Shown: positions 26,911 through 34,633, counted from the first letter of the stretch. The stretch is 35,713 nt of DNA from a virus (IMGVR_UViG_3300037311_000287:1-35713), one strand, 5' to 3'. Numbers and translations: made by a program. Notes: a model not told the origin generated them from the letters alone.

Positions 26911-26940
26911 AGCCCCAGTACTTACATAAGTACTGGGGCT
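26911..26940. terminator. Perfect palindrome between convergent genes
   Basis: agccccagtactta-ca-taagtactggggct, 14-bp arms. Confidence 0.75.
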
Positions 26941-26945
26941 ATGCA

Positions 26946-27185
26946 TTAGGCGGTGGTTGGGACTTGAGTAATTCCTCTTACATAATCATCCTCTTCAGGA
27001 ATTAAAGCCCCTTGTAATTCAAGCAAGTCAAGGCATGCAGAGCATAAAGCACCTGAACGATCAGGGTTATCTCTGGCTATTTCAATCATACACTTTGTTG
27101 CTTCATGAATACCCAGCAAAAGCAACCAAGACTCTTGATGAGTCATCAGCAACCTTGCGCCGGTCTTAGTGATTACCGTCCTCAT
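26946..27185 (-). CDS. Hypothetical protein coupled to the BRO gene
   Basis: 79 aa, ATGA overlap with the BRO stop codon. Confidence 0.65.
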   Translation of the reverse strand: MRTVITKTGARLLMTHQESWLLLLGIHEATKCMIEIARDNPDRSGALCSACLDLLELQGALIPEEDDYVRGITQVPTTA

Positions 27186-27712
27186 AGGCCTGCTTCTGTA
27201 CCGTAAACTATAGGTTTAAGCAACTTTACAAGCCTTCCAGCTTTGCTATTATAGCTGCTTTTCAACGCAACATCAAGCATTAATTGCTGGATTTCTCGCA
27301 GCTTACTGTCAGGAACATCTAAAACCTTTTGTACAGGGAAAAGGTCACCTTGCTTGCCATTATGAGGCTGTCCAACGGAGTAGTGCCCGGTTTTTCTAAG
27401 CACCGGTAAAACTTCCTGTGTCACCCACTTCCTGAATGCTTGCGCCTCTGGCTTCCTTGATTTAAAGATCAAGTGATACAGGCCTGATTCATTAACTAAA
27501 ATCATTTTTTGGAATCCTCTGGATGGGGTCGGCAACTCCGACTCCATCCTTTCATCTGCGTCTAAGGATGATACAGCATCCCTGTAATTCCTAATGCGGA
27601 GTGCAGAACAAACGTCTTGAGCAACTAGCCAAGACTGCCCTAGTAAATAGGTCGTTCTAACTGAATGGCCTTCCCAGCCAAAAACTTTTGGTGAAACTTC
27701 AGTGCCGAGCAT
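27182..27712 (-). CDS. BRO-N domain antirepressor-like protein
   Basis: W.VAQDVC.AL.I.N.RDA...LD.DE and VNESGLY.LIF.SRKPEA..FRKWVT.EVLP motifs; likely start ATG 27712 (the track's 27811 start lies inside the RNA structure). Confidence 0.92.
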   Translation of the reverse strand: MLGTEVSPKVFGWEGHSVRTTYLLGQSWLVAQDVCSALRIRNYRDAVSSLDADERMESELPTPSRGFQKMILVNESGLYHLIFKSRKPEAQAFRKWVTQEVLPVLRKTGHYSVGQPHNGKQGDLFPVQKVLDVPDSKLREIQQLMLDVALKSSYNSKAGRLVKLLKPIVYGTEAGL

Positions 27713-27736
27713 AATAACACTTTTGAAGTGAAAAAA

Positions 27737-27821
27737 GACCAGGATGTGCTCGGCACTATCTTGCGTTGCAGCAACGCGCGATAATCGCCGGGCCTTACGG
27801 ACACCGGCCATCCTGGAGGTC
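27737..27821 (-). ncRNA. C4/CI-like antisense RNA in the antirepressor leader
   Basis: Closing stem ccaggatg/catcctgg, arm gccgg..cc-GTAA-gg..ccggc, arm gcgttg/caacgc; internal agatagtgccgagc is complementary to an upstream site and to the BRO start codon region. Confidence 0.72.
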
Positions 27822-27872
27822 GTTCTAAATTAATGTGACGCTGCATTGTTAAAAGATAGTTACCGAGCGCCA

Positions 27873-27905
27873 CAAATATATGTCAAGTCTAATACATCTG
27901 TCAAG
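27873..27905 (-). promoter_or_regulatory. Bacteroidota sigma-A-type promoter for the antirepressor unit
   Basis: TATATTTG (-7 box) at 27880-27873 with TTG about 21 nt upstream. Confidence 0.7.
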
Positions 27906-27979
27906 CCTTTTACTTGACAACTCTTGCACTTTTCGGACTTTATAGTACCCCCTTTTGCACTTTTTGGAGGGTTATTGGT

Positions 27980-28216
27980 CTAGTTGGGGTGCATGAACTT
28001 CTTGAGTTTAGCCCTCTGGATGGTCAGTTTTAGCTGGTTTATTACCCCTTCCAGGTGCTGCGGAGGCAGGTTTGCAGCCACACTCTCAAGGGTAATGTGC
28101 ATCCCTTTCCCATAGAGTCGAATCCAGTACATGGCTGTTGGGCCATCGAGTTGGGAAGCAAGGGCCAGCACAAGGGCCCTGGCATTCAGTACAGGAGTTG
28201 GTTCACTCGGTGTCAT
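27980..28216 (-). CDS. Hypothetical protein
   Basis: 78-aa ORF in operon orientation. Confidence 0.6.
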   Translation of the reverse strand: MTPSEPTPVLNARALVLALASQLDGPTAMYWIRLYGKGMHITLESVAANLPPQHLEGVINQLKLTIQRAKLKKFMHPN

Positions 28217-28319
28217 TGATACCCTTGATTTTCAGGTGGTCAAGTTTAGAAAGTGGCGTGCCGTGTGGGAAGGTATCCTTCTGCCACTTGGTTATTTCAT
28301 TGAATAGTTCGCGTGTCAT
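28203..28319 (-). pseudogene. Short ORF resembling the N-terminus of DUF550/MazG-like dNTP pyrophosphohydrolases
   Basis: Manual translation MTRELFNEITKWQKDTFPHGTPLSKLDHLKIKGINDTE; W...TF......KL.HL pattern, with the expected acidic E..E motif missing. Confidence 0.45.
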
Positions 28320-28329
28320 TGGTTGGTAT

Positions 28330-28348
28330 TTTGAGCCTTTCGGCGGTT
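28330..28348. repeat. 19-bp intergenic direct repeat, copy 1
   Basis: tttgagcctttcggcggtt, identical at 28626-28644. Confidence 0.9.
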
Positions 28349-28354
28349 GATTTA

Positions 28355-28615
28355 TTACTTTTTAGCAGCTTGCTTATCTAGTAATTCATTTATTTTAAAG
28401 TAATCTTCAGAATCAAATATTATGGTGATCACTTGATAATTATCTCTCCATAATAAATGTGCAACTTCAGGAGGCCCGCCTACCTTTATTATTGTCTTTT
28501 TCTGTGAACCGTCACAGCTGATTAGATTAGATGGCGGTAAGATTATAGCTGTTTGTGTCTTGTTCTCTATGTCACGCTTATTCATTTCATCTAAAACTTG
28601 AAAAGGACTTGCCAT
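28355..28615 (-). CDS. Hypothetical protein flanked by the 19-bp repeats
   Basis: 86-aa AT-rich ORF. Confidence 0.65.
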   Translation of the reverse strand: MASPFQVLDEMNKRDIENKTQTAIILPPSNLISCDGSQKKTIIKVGGPPEVAHLLWRDNYQVITIIFDSEDYFKINELLDKQAAKK

Positions 28616-28625
28616 TGGATTGAAA

Positions 28626-28644
28626 TTTGAGCCTTTCGGCGGTT
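28626..28644. repeat. 19-bp intergenic direct repeat, copy 2
   Basis: tttgagcctttcggcggtt. Confidence 0.9.
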
Positions 28645-28879
28645 AAATAGACATTAGGTGGTCGATCGTGCTGGTGTAATCAGCGTCAGATGGAATGTCA
28701 AAAATTTTTAGCCTTGGGTCTTCTGTGCCGTCATCGATTTTGATTGCATAGACCATTAACAATCTAGTTACTCCATCTTCTGTTTTGACGTAGCATGCCT
28801 CTTTACTAAGAAGGTCATGCCCGATGCAATCATCAGCCCTGTCATAAAGGGCTATCATGATGTCTGCTGTTATGCTCAT
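28643..28879 (-). CDS. Hypothetical acidic protein
   Basis: 78-aa ORF in operon orientation. Confidence 0.6.
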   Translation of the reverse strand: MSITADIMIALYDRADDCIGHDLLSKEACYVKTEDGVTRLLMVYAIKIDDGTEDPRLKIFDIPSDADYTSTIDHLMSI

Positions 28880-28888
28880 GATGTTAAA

Positions 28889-29701
28889 CTAATTTTTTGG
28901 CCAGTTATAGAATTTAAATTTCCTGATGGTTTGCAGCAAGCTTTGGTGGTATTGCTGAGACGTAGCATAATTGGGGATACCGTTCCTCCTTCTGTAATCT
29001 CTACTTTGTAAGTTGGATGGTGCTAGCTTATCTACCCATGCCCGCCACTCTCTTCCGGGATAAGAAGCAATCAAAGCACTATCTGGTTTGAATTTTTTGA
29101 GCGTCAATCTTGACTTTGCTCTGACTGACCAGAATGGAGTTTGAAAATCAACGAAAGGGCAGGGCACTGACTTGCCTTTGCAGTAGCAGTCATCCTTTCT
29201 CCATACTATTCCCTGTTGTCCTGGTACCCAGTTAAACATTATCCACCGCTGTTCTTTATCTGACCACTTACCGGCTTTGAAACCGTACAGGTTCCTGCCG
29301 TTCTTTGCCAGCCAGCTTTCCCCACATTGGCTTTCAATAAAGTACTGTGCAGCTGTTAATTCAGCAGGGACACCAGTAGCATACTCTTCCATTACAAATG
29401 CGCTCCAGTGCTTTCTCAGTGAGTCATACTTACTCCCATATTTCTTCTTCAGGAATTCCCAGCTTGGAGGATCCATAGGCAGTACATTTTTTACAGGCGT
29501 GTTAACAGTAGCAGCTATGTCATCTGCATCCTCTGTTGTTTGGTCATAGCTTTGCTCTGCCTGTTTGATCATTGATAGAATAGCATTGTCGCGCCTTACG
29601 ATGTTGGTGGTTTCATCAGCCACGTGATTGCGCTGCCTTACTCCCAGTAGTGCTCCGGCCAGGAGCATAGAAACTAAAATGATGTAGGATTTCATGGACA
29701 A
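28889..29701 (-). CDS. Glucosaminidase (GH73/FlgJ-like) peptidoglycan hydrolase with N-terminal signal/anchor
   Basis: AQ..IES..G.S.LA....NLYG.K and YAT...Y motifs; hydrophobic N-terminus. Confidence 0.85.
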   Translation of the reverse strand: MSMKSYIILVSMLLAGALLGVRQRNHVADETTNIVRRDNAILSMIKQAEQSYDQTTEDADDIAATVNTPVKNVLPMDPPSWEFLKKKYGSKYDSLRKHWSAFVMEEYATGVPAELTAAQYFIESQCGESWLAKNGRNLYGFKAGKWSDKEQRWIMFNWVPGQQGIVWRKDDCYCKGKSVPCPFVDFQTPFWSVRAKSRLTLKKFKPDSALIASYPGREWRAWVDKLAPSNLQSRDYRRRNGIPNYATSQQYHQSLLQTIRKFKFYNWPKN

Positions 29702-29714
29702 TAGAATTTAAAGT

Positions 29715-29866
29715 CGGATGGTGTTTCCACCATCCGGACCATCGTTACGACTGTAGTTAAAGGTTTTGAAAGTGCCGGCACAGAGCGTGCCGGCTTACCA
29801 AAAAAAAGGTAAAAATGTATCTTAACGTTCTTCGGGAAAACTGGCAGCACATTTAGCGCTGCCAGT
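29715..29866 (-). other. Three tandem GC-rich hairpins in one intergenic spacer
   Basis: 29715-29736 (9 bp, GAAA loop), 29774-29794 (8 bp) and 29840-29866 (9 bp). Confidence 0.75.
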
Positions 29867-29891
29867 AGCTAAATCCCAAAAAAAACCGATT

Positions 29892-30122
29892 TCACAATAC
29901 GTGAAGGAAAGCTCTGCTGAATACGGCTCCTTTGAACTTATTCCCGCCTTCCTCAAATTCAATAACTATTGCCTTGCCAAGTGCTTCATTATTGAATTGT
30001 ACTTCTATGACTTCCTGCGCTACTCCGATTCTTCCAGCGTGTGGGTGTTGAGGTAAAATAAGCACTTTCTTACCTCTCCACTCTTTTGTAAGTTGCTCAA
30101 GTGATGGCTCAGGCACTTGCAT
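29892..30122 (-). CDS. Hypothetical small beta-rich protein
   Basis: 76-aa ORF. Confidence 0.6.
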   Translation of the reverse strand: MQVPEPSLEQLTKEWRGKKVLILPQHPHAGRIGVAQEVIEVQFNNEALGKAIVIEFEEGGNKFKGAVFSRAFLHVL

Positions 30123-30125
30123 ACA

Positions 30126-30581
30126 TTATGGCTTTACAATTAAGAGCCGGTCTAACCCAGTCCATCTGCTGTCCATGTGAACCCATGTCCTGGTGCTTTC
30201 AAAGTCTTCGAGTGTAGTAAGCCCAAGTTCCATGTAGAGCTTTTGGTTGGTTGCTAACTCATCATAGATTTCGCGTTCTTCTAAATCCGGTGACCTGACA
30301 TCAAAAGCTCTTGCAAGTTTGTGTTGGGAAAACCTAGCTCCGGTTTTGGTATCAGGTAACCTGAAAGCTGATTCATGAAAGTAAGGTATGTCATTAGTTG
30401 CTTTGCCACCCTTCAAGAAGAACCAAGTGTTTACCCACAATTGCTTACCCATCCTTTCCCTTAACTTGGTTAGAACCGCAAACATTTTAGAATCGATATA
30501 CCAACGGTCATCTAACCTTGGATTAGTCCCGATAGTTGGTGGTACCAACTCTTCCGACCAAAAGTATTTGTTCAATTTCAT
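30126..30581 (-). CDS. Peptidase M15-family Zn peptidase (peptidoglycan hydrolase / endolysin candidate)
   Basis: SAFR...SQH....AFD...WVHMD motif; likely start MKLNKYF at 30581. Confidence 0.88.
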   Translation of the reverse strand: MKLNKYFWSEELVPPTIGTNPRLDDRWYIDSKMFAVLTKLRERMGKQLWVNTWFFLKGGKATNDIPYFHESAFRLPDTKTGARFSQHKLARAFDVRSPDLEEREIYDELATNQKLYMELGLTTLEDFESTRTWVHMDSRWTGLDRLLIVKP

Positions 30582-30640
30582 GCTAAAGAGGTTTTTAAAA
30601 GTGCGCAGCATAGTGCTGCGCACCACTTGACATTAACTCA

Positions 30641-31279
30641 CTATATTGAAACACTATCTTGACTGGTAGGCTGGGTGAAGAGATCAGCTTCACGCCTCCT
30701 ATTCCAGATGATGTATGGTTTGTTACCCCCAAATCGCGAACGTGGCCTGGCAATGAATTCACGGACATATATTTTCATATCACACATGTATTCAATAGCT
30801 TTAGCATGGTTGCCTAGTGGTTTACCGCTATCTTCCCAGCAAAGAATGATAAAGGACTTGTTTTTGAATCGCTCTACCAGGAATTTGAATTGATCAGCAG
30901 TCATGTTGATGTAATCACGGGAGTCAACAAAAATGCAGGAAGGGCTATTCCGCTTTGAAAGCCTATCAACCATTTCATCAAAGCTCTCTTTGTTTCCAAA
31001 GATGATCTTACCCACTACTTCCTGCATGTTGTTGCGCTTCAGTGCATCCTGCAAGGACTTACTAATACCCTGCTCATAGGAGTTATAGTACACCTTGGTG
31101 AATGATGCCATGTACTTTGCCCACTTGATAGCAAATTCAGTTTTGCCATTGCCAGACTTTCCATATATTATTGCTCTGAAGTTCTTTTCTGGCTCACCAA
31201 AAGTGTCTAGCCATTCACCTTCAAAAGGGTAACTTTTGAAAGTGGTAGATAAGAACTCATTTACTCCTATGCTTCGCAT
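30641..31279 (-). CDS. P-loop ATPase (RecA/Sms-like fold) of Bacteroidota Mu-like phages
   Basis: Walker A GKSGNGKT, YNSYEQG, Walker B IFVDS; likely start MRSIG at 31279 (track gives 31324). Confidence 0.85.
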   Translation of the reverse strand: MRSIGVNEFLSTTFKSYPFEGEWLDTFGEPEKNFRAIIYGKSGNGKTEFAIKWAKYMASFTKVYYNSYEQGISKSLQDALKRNNMQEVVGKIIFGNKESFDEMVDRLSKRNSPSCIFVDSRDYINMTADQFKFLVERFKNKSFIILCWEDSGKPLGNHAKAIEYMCDMKIYVREFIARPRSRFGGNKPYIIWNRRREADLFTQPTSQDSVSI

Positions 31280-31382
31280 CACTGGCATTTTTATTGTTGA
31301 CAAAGCGTTCATGGTCCTGGCCAAACTTGAACCCTATGAGCATGAAGCCAAAGCATACAGCTGTAAGTACAAGCTCAATCAT
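31257..31382 (-). CDS. Small single-TM protein (41 aa)
   Basis: Manual translation MIELVLTAVCFGFMLIGFKFGQDHERFVNNKNASDAKHRSK; fills the operon gap. Confidence 0.5.
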   Translation of the reverse strand: MIELVLTAVCFGFMLIGFKFGQDHERFVNNKNASDAKHRSK

Positions 31383-31449
31383 GTTTCTGTAAATTGATAT
31401 GGATGATGGCATCCATGGTGATTAAAATAGTGGCAATGAAAATGATCAT
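31375..31449 (-). CDS. Possible 24-aa hydrophobic peptide
   Basis: MIIFIATILITMDAIIHINLQKHD; its stop overlaps the next start (ATGATTGA). Confidence 0.3.
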   Translation of the reverse strand: MIIFIATILITMDAIIHINLQKHD

Positions 31450-31519
31450 AGTGTCTTGGTTAAAGGCCCAGCGGTTTTACCCGCTGGGTTGCCAATCTGA
31501 AAAAACCAAATCTTACATC

Positions 31520-31750
31520 CTAGTCTACTTGCTCTAGCTGCCTTAATTCTTTGTTCACGTTGATGCCCAAATACTTGCTAAAAGTCCTGTAACTGATAGG
31601 ATAGATTGGTTGAATATGGTTCTCGAAAATCCACCGGTCGTTAATGCCTGAATGGACTTTATATTGTTTGTATAGCTCTTGTACATTTTTTACCAGGAGT
31701 AGGTAATTACGTCGCTTCGCTATTTGTATTTTGCTTCTTGTGACGGCCAT
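31520..31750 (-). CDS. Small basic HTH-like protein (candidate middle/late regulator)
   Basis: WIF...I.PIYPISYRTF..YL motif recalled from Bacteroidota Mu-like prophages. Confidence 0.65.
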   Translation of the reverse strand: MAVTRSKIQIAKRRNYLLLVKNVQELYKQYKVHSGINDRWIFENHIQPIYPISYRTFSKYLGINVNKELRQLEQVD

Positions 31751-32072
31751 TGATGGATTTCAGATAAATTGGGCTGAGTTTAGGCCCGGTTGCATTCAGG
31801 TAAGTTTGTATGTGTGCACCTATCAGTGGATCAACATTATTCTTAGGTTGCAGAGCCCACTGACCAAATTCATAACCTGCCATGGCCACTGAAAGTGGGA
31901 TTTTGAATTTGGTAGGGAGCTTAGCTTCCCATTTTGCTATTTTTATGTAATACTCGCCAAGCACAACAGTTACCCAATGGTGGGATTTAAATTCATGCGC
32001 GCATGACCGGCACATTGTCAGCAAACCTTCAGCGACACTAGTGCCCAAACTATTGATGGAAATAGGATTCAT
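31707..32072 (-). CDS. Hypothetical protein
   Basis: 121-aa ORF in operon orientation. Confidence 0.6.
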   Translation of the reverse strand: MNPISINSLGTSVAEGLLTMCRSCAHEFKSHHWVTVVLGEYYIKIAKWEAKLPTKFKIPLSVAMAGYEFGQWALQPKNNVDPLIGAHIQTYLNATGPKLSPIYLKSINGRHKKQNTNSEAT

Positions 32073-32077
32073 GTGAC

Positions 32078-32518
32078 TCAGTTTTGCCGTGCTATGTAAT
32101 TCTCACGCTGCCTCATCTCTTCGTTTTTCTTGTGCATTGCACGAAGCTTTTTATTTAAAGCCTTCAGCTCTTCATCGCCCATTTCATACAGTAGCTTTCC
32201 GGCTATTCTGGGATTGAGTAGGAAGTTGTTTACCCGATCCCAGGATTTAGAGCCATCATAGATTTTCATGTCCGTTAAAACTGAAAGCACGTTACTTCTT
32301 AGCCGTCTGATAGCCACTGGTACCTGACACTGCTGGCCATCAGCGTGACTATCTTGAATTTGCTGTAAGCGGTTAGACAAATCAGCAAGTTGAGAGGCAT
32401 CTAAATCCCGGAGTGATTCTGTACCATAAGGCAGGAGTATTTCGACCTTATGCTGGATCAAGTTTAGTGAGGCCATTAAGGCCATGCACTTTTGTCGAAA
32501 TTTTTTGATGTCTTCCAT
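32078..32518 (-). CDS. Conserved Mu-like early protein (GemA/gp16-like)
   Basis: RRLRS.VL..L.......W.RVN.F..NPRIAGK......EEL..L..KL motif; likely start 32518. Confidence 0.65.
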   Translation of the reverse strand: MEDIKKFRQKCMALMASLNLIQHKVEILLPYGTESLRDLDASQLADLSNRLQQIQDSHADGQQCQVPVAIRRLRSNVLSVLTDMKIYDGSKSWDRVNNFLLNPRIAGKLLYEMGDEELKALNKKLRAMHKKNEEMRQRENYIARQN

Positions 32519-32520
32519 GA

Positions 32521-32958
32521 CTAAATTTTGTAGTTGTTTTCCCATCGCCTTTGCCGTAGCCAAGTTTCCGGGTACGCTTTTTCCATGTTGTTTTTCAGCG
32601 TAAGCCACCTTCCATACTTTCCTATGGCAGATAATGCAGCTACTCGTTCGCTTTCTGTCATCGCATTCCAGAGTTTTTCTGCCTTTGCTTTACTACCTAC
32701 TTTGTAGTTATAGTCCTCCCAAAAGGAAGTAAAGCTGGTGTCTGGTGCGCATTCACTGATCGTATAGTCATTGCCGTGCTTTGTAGATGTGCGGAGGGTT
32801 TCTAGCTTGTCCATGGTGCTTGGTATCCAAGGCCAGACCTTAGGCAGCGCGTCATCAGACGCGCCACCTTGATCCACCTGTGCTGCCACCAGAAAACCCC
32901 TCTCGTTAAAATGGATAACAACACTTAGGCCTGACTTACTCTTCAGAAGGAATTTCAT
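32521..32958 (-). CDS. Conserved hypothetical protein
   Basis: F..FW..Y.YKV..K.KA.KLW...YPETWL.Q.RW motif. Confidence 0.7.
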   Translation of the reverse strand: MKFLLKSKSGLSVVIHFNERGFLVAAQVDQGGASDDALPKVWPWIPSTMDKLETLRTSTKHGNDYTISECAPDTSFTSFWEDYNYKVGSKAKAEKLWNAMTESERVAALSAIGKYGRWLTLKNNMEKAYPETWLRQRRWENNYKI

Positions 32959-33363
32959 TTAAGCCGTTACCGTTTTAAAAGTGTATCCAGTTGACCTTTC
33001 AATTGACAGTCCTTTTGCTTTAAGCGCATTTTTTACGTTAACATCGCTTTCAGCTAAAGCTTCCACCTTCATCAGATCCAACTGAGTTTTACCACATTGT
33101 GGTAATTCAGAAAGTAGTTGCTCTACAAGTACCTCCTTTTTTTTGCCAGTAGCTCCTTGCAGCGTTGGAGGGCCATTCTTAACCTGTGCCACAACGTGAA
33201 CAAGGTCAGTTTCTCCTGTAGAATCCACGTACTCTGTCAATCTGAGCTTAAGGTCTTCTTCTTCCTCCGCCACTGTTTTCATCCAGTTACGTAATTCCAC
33301 TAACCGCGCAGCGTCTTCTACTGCAATTTGGTGTGGTGTTTTTTTGGCTGATGCTTTACTCAT
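32959..33363 (-). CDS. Hypothetical helical protein (Gam-like position)
   Basis: 134 aa with N-terminal coiled coil; similarity to Gam not established. Confidence 0.6.
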   Translation of the reverse strand: MSKASAKKTPHQIAVEDAARLVELRNWMKTVAEEEEDLKLRLTEYVDSTGETDLVHVVAQVKNGPPTLQGATGKKKEVLVEQLLSELPQCGKTQLDLMKVEALAESDVNVKNALKAKGLSIERSTGYTFKTVTA

Positions 33364-33721
33364 TGTATTGCTTGTTTGGTGATAAAAACTTGCCTACAAT
33401 GGTTTTTTCAGATTGCTCAAGCTTTTCCTTGAATTCAAGGTTATATGCCTTGAGGTTATTGACTAATTTTCTGTGATAAATCACTGTGCTTCTATCTCTC
33501 TTGACGTGTTTTGCTACTTCTGAAACGGTCATTCCAAGTTTTAGAAGCAGGGCCACAATAATGCTAACGCACTCTGCTACTTGCCTTGACCGTCCTTTAA
33601 GCGCTGGGTCAACATCAAGCTGTTCGCACACGGCATTTATTATGGACCTTGGATCAATTTTGCTTTCCATGTCACCTTCCTCTTGAATAATCTCAATGGT
33701 TATCTTGATGCTGCGCTTCAT
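33356..33721 (-). CDS. DnaA domain IV-like HTH protein
   Basis: II.AVC......L.GRSR...VA....RDRSTVIY matches the DnaA C-terminal RDHTTV-type helix. Confidence 0.75.
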   Translation of the reverse strand: MKRSIKITIEIIQEEGDMESKIDPRSIINAVCEQLDVDPALKGRSRQVAECVSIIVALLLKLGMTVSEVAKHVKRDRSTVIYHRKLVNNLKAYNLEFKEKLEQSEKTIVGKFLSPNKQYNE

Positions 33722-34620
33722 GCCGCTGACTCGCTTTGCTTACTGATCAGCCTTGCCTGAATCACCCTTTCAAGCCTTCTGAGGTCAGTAACCACCTTAA
33801 CTGTGCGGTGATCATGGTTACGATCCACAGGCGTACACTCCTGCCATATTTCTGCTATGGCATTTTCGTTGTCTATGCCATTTGCTTTACAGATGGCTGT
33901 TACATCGCGCTTGGTAGCCCCAATGAGGTGAATAAAATTTCTGCCCAGCCTGGAATCAATTTCATCAAAACCCTTTTGTCTCCAGGTCACACGCTGCTTG
34001 ATGTTCTGTTCCAGGTACTCAGTGCCTGAGATGACCAATCCCAGGTGTCCTTTGGTTTCGTTATACAGAGGTATCATGAAGCGCTGTGCATCAACGGTCA
34101 GCTTATCCCACTCATCAAGAATCAGCAGTGGCTTATCTCTTCCAAGGAAGAAGTCAAATAGTGACTGAGACATCTTATCTGTAGAGTCATTCAAATTAAT
34201 GTCTAACCCCACTCTGGACAGCAGATGTGTCATCAACTCCCTGCGCTTCCACTCTCTGCACTGGACGTAGAGTGTATTCTTGTTTCGCATAGCGAATTCT
34301 CGAAGCCCTTCTGACTTACCGCCACCTGCTTTGTGTGAGATCGGTATCCAGAGCGCATTTCTTTGTGCATCCGTACATACAGTGCTTATGATTTTGAAGT
34401 CAGTGGTTTCTACTACTACCCAAGCATCTGGACGCCATCCGCACTTTACTCCGATGGCATGCAATGTGTCATCGCTGATTTCATCCAAGTTACCATTAAC
34501 AATGTGGCTCACGATGCCCTGGTTGATTCCTAGGAATTTCGCCACGTTGTGCTGACTGCCCAGGCGTTTCACCTCGCTCTTTACGAGGTTAATGATTGTG
34601 GTTTTTTCAATGTTGTTCAT
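33718..34620 (-). CDS. MuB-like transposition AAA+ ATPase with N-terminal HTH
   Basis: Walker A AGGGKS, Walker B LLILDE, arginine finger SRLGR, DLRRL; directly after the transposase; likely start 34620. Confidence 0.9.
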   Translation of the reverse strand: MNNIEKTTIINLVKSEVKRLGSQHNVAKFLGINQGIVSHIVNGNLDEISDDTLHAIGVKCGWRPDAWVVVETTDFKIISTVCTDAQRNALWIPISHKAGGGKSEGLREFAMRNKNTLYVQCREWKRRELMTHLLSRVGLDINLNDSTDKMSQSLFDFFLGRDKPLLILDEWDKLTVDAQRFMIPLYNETKGHLGLVISGTEYLEQNIKQRVTWRQKGFDEIDSRLGRNFIHLIGATKRDVTAICKANGIDNENAIAEIWQECTPVDRNHDHRTVKVVTDLRRLERVIQARLISKQSESAA

Positions 34621-34633
34621 TAGGAGGATTGGT

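Noticed and set aside
27640-27873. 77-aa ORF and the 33-codon N-terminal extension of the BRO gene
   Set aside because: Both run through the C4-like RNA structure; ATG 27712 gives a normal BRO-N start. A short icd-like leader peptide cannot be fully excluded.
28330-28644. CRISPR mini-array
   Set aside because: Only two 19-bp copies, 296 bp apart, with a gene in between; no cas genes.
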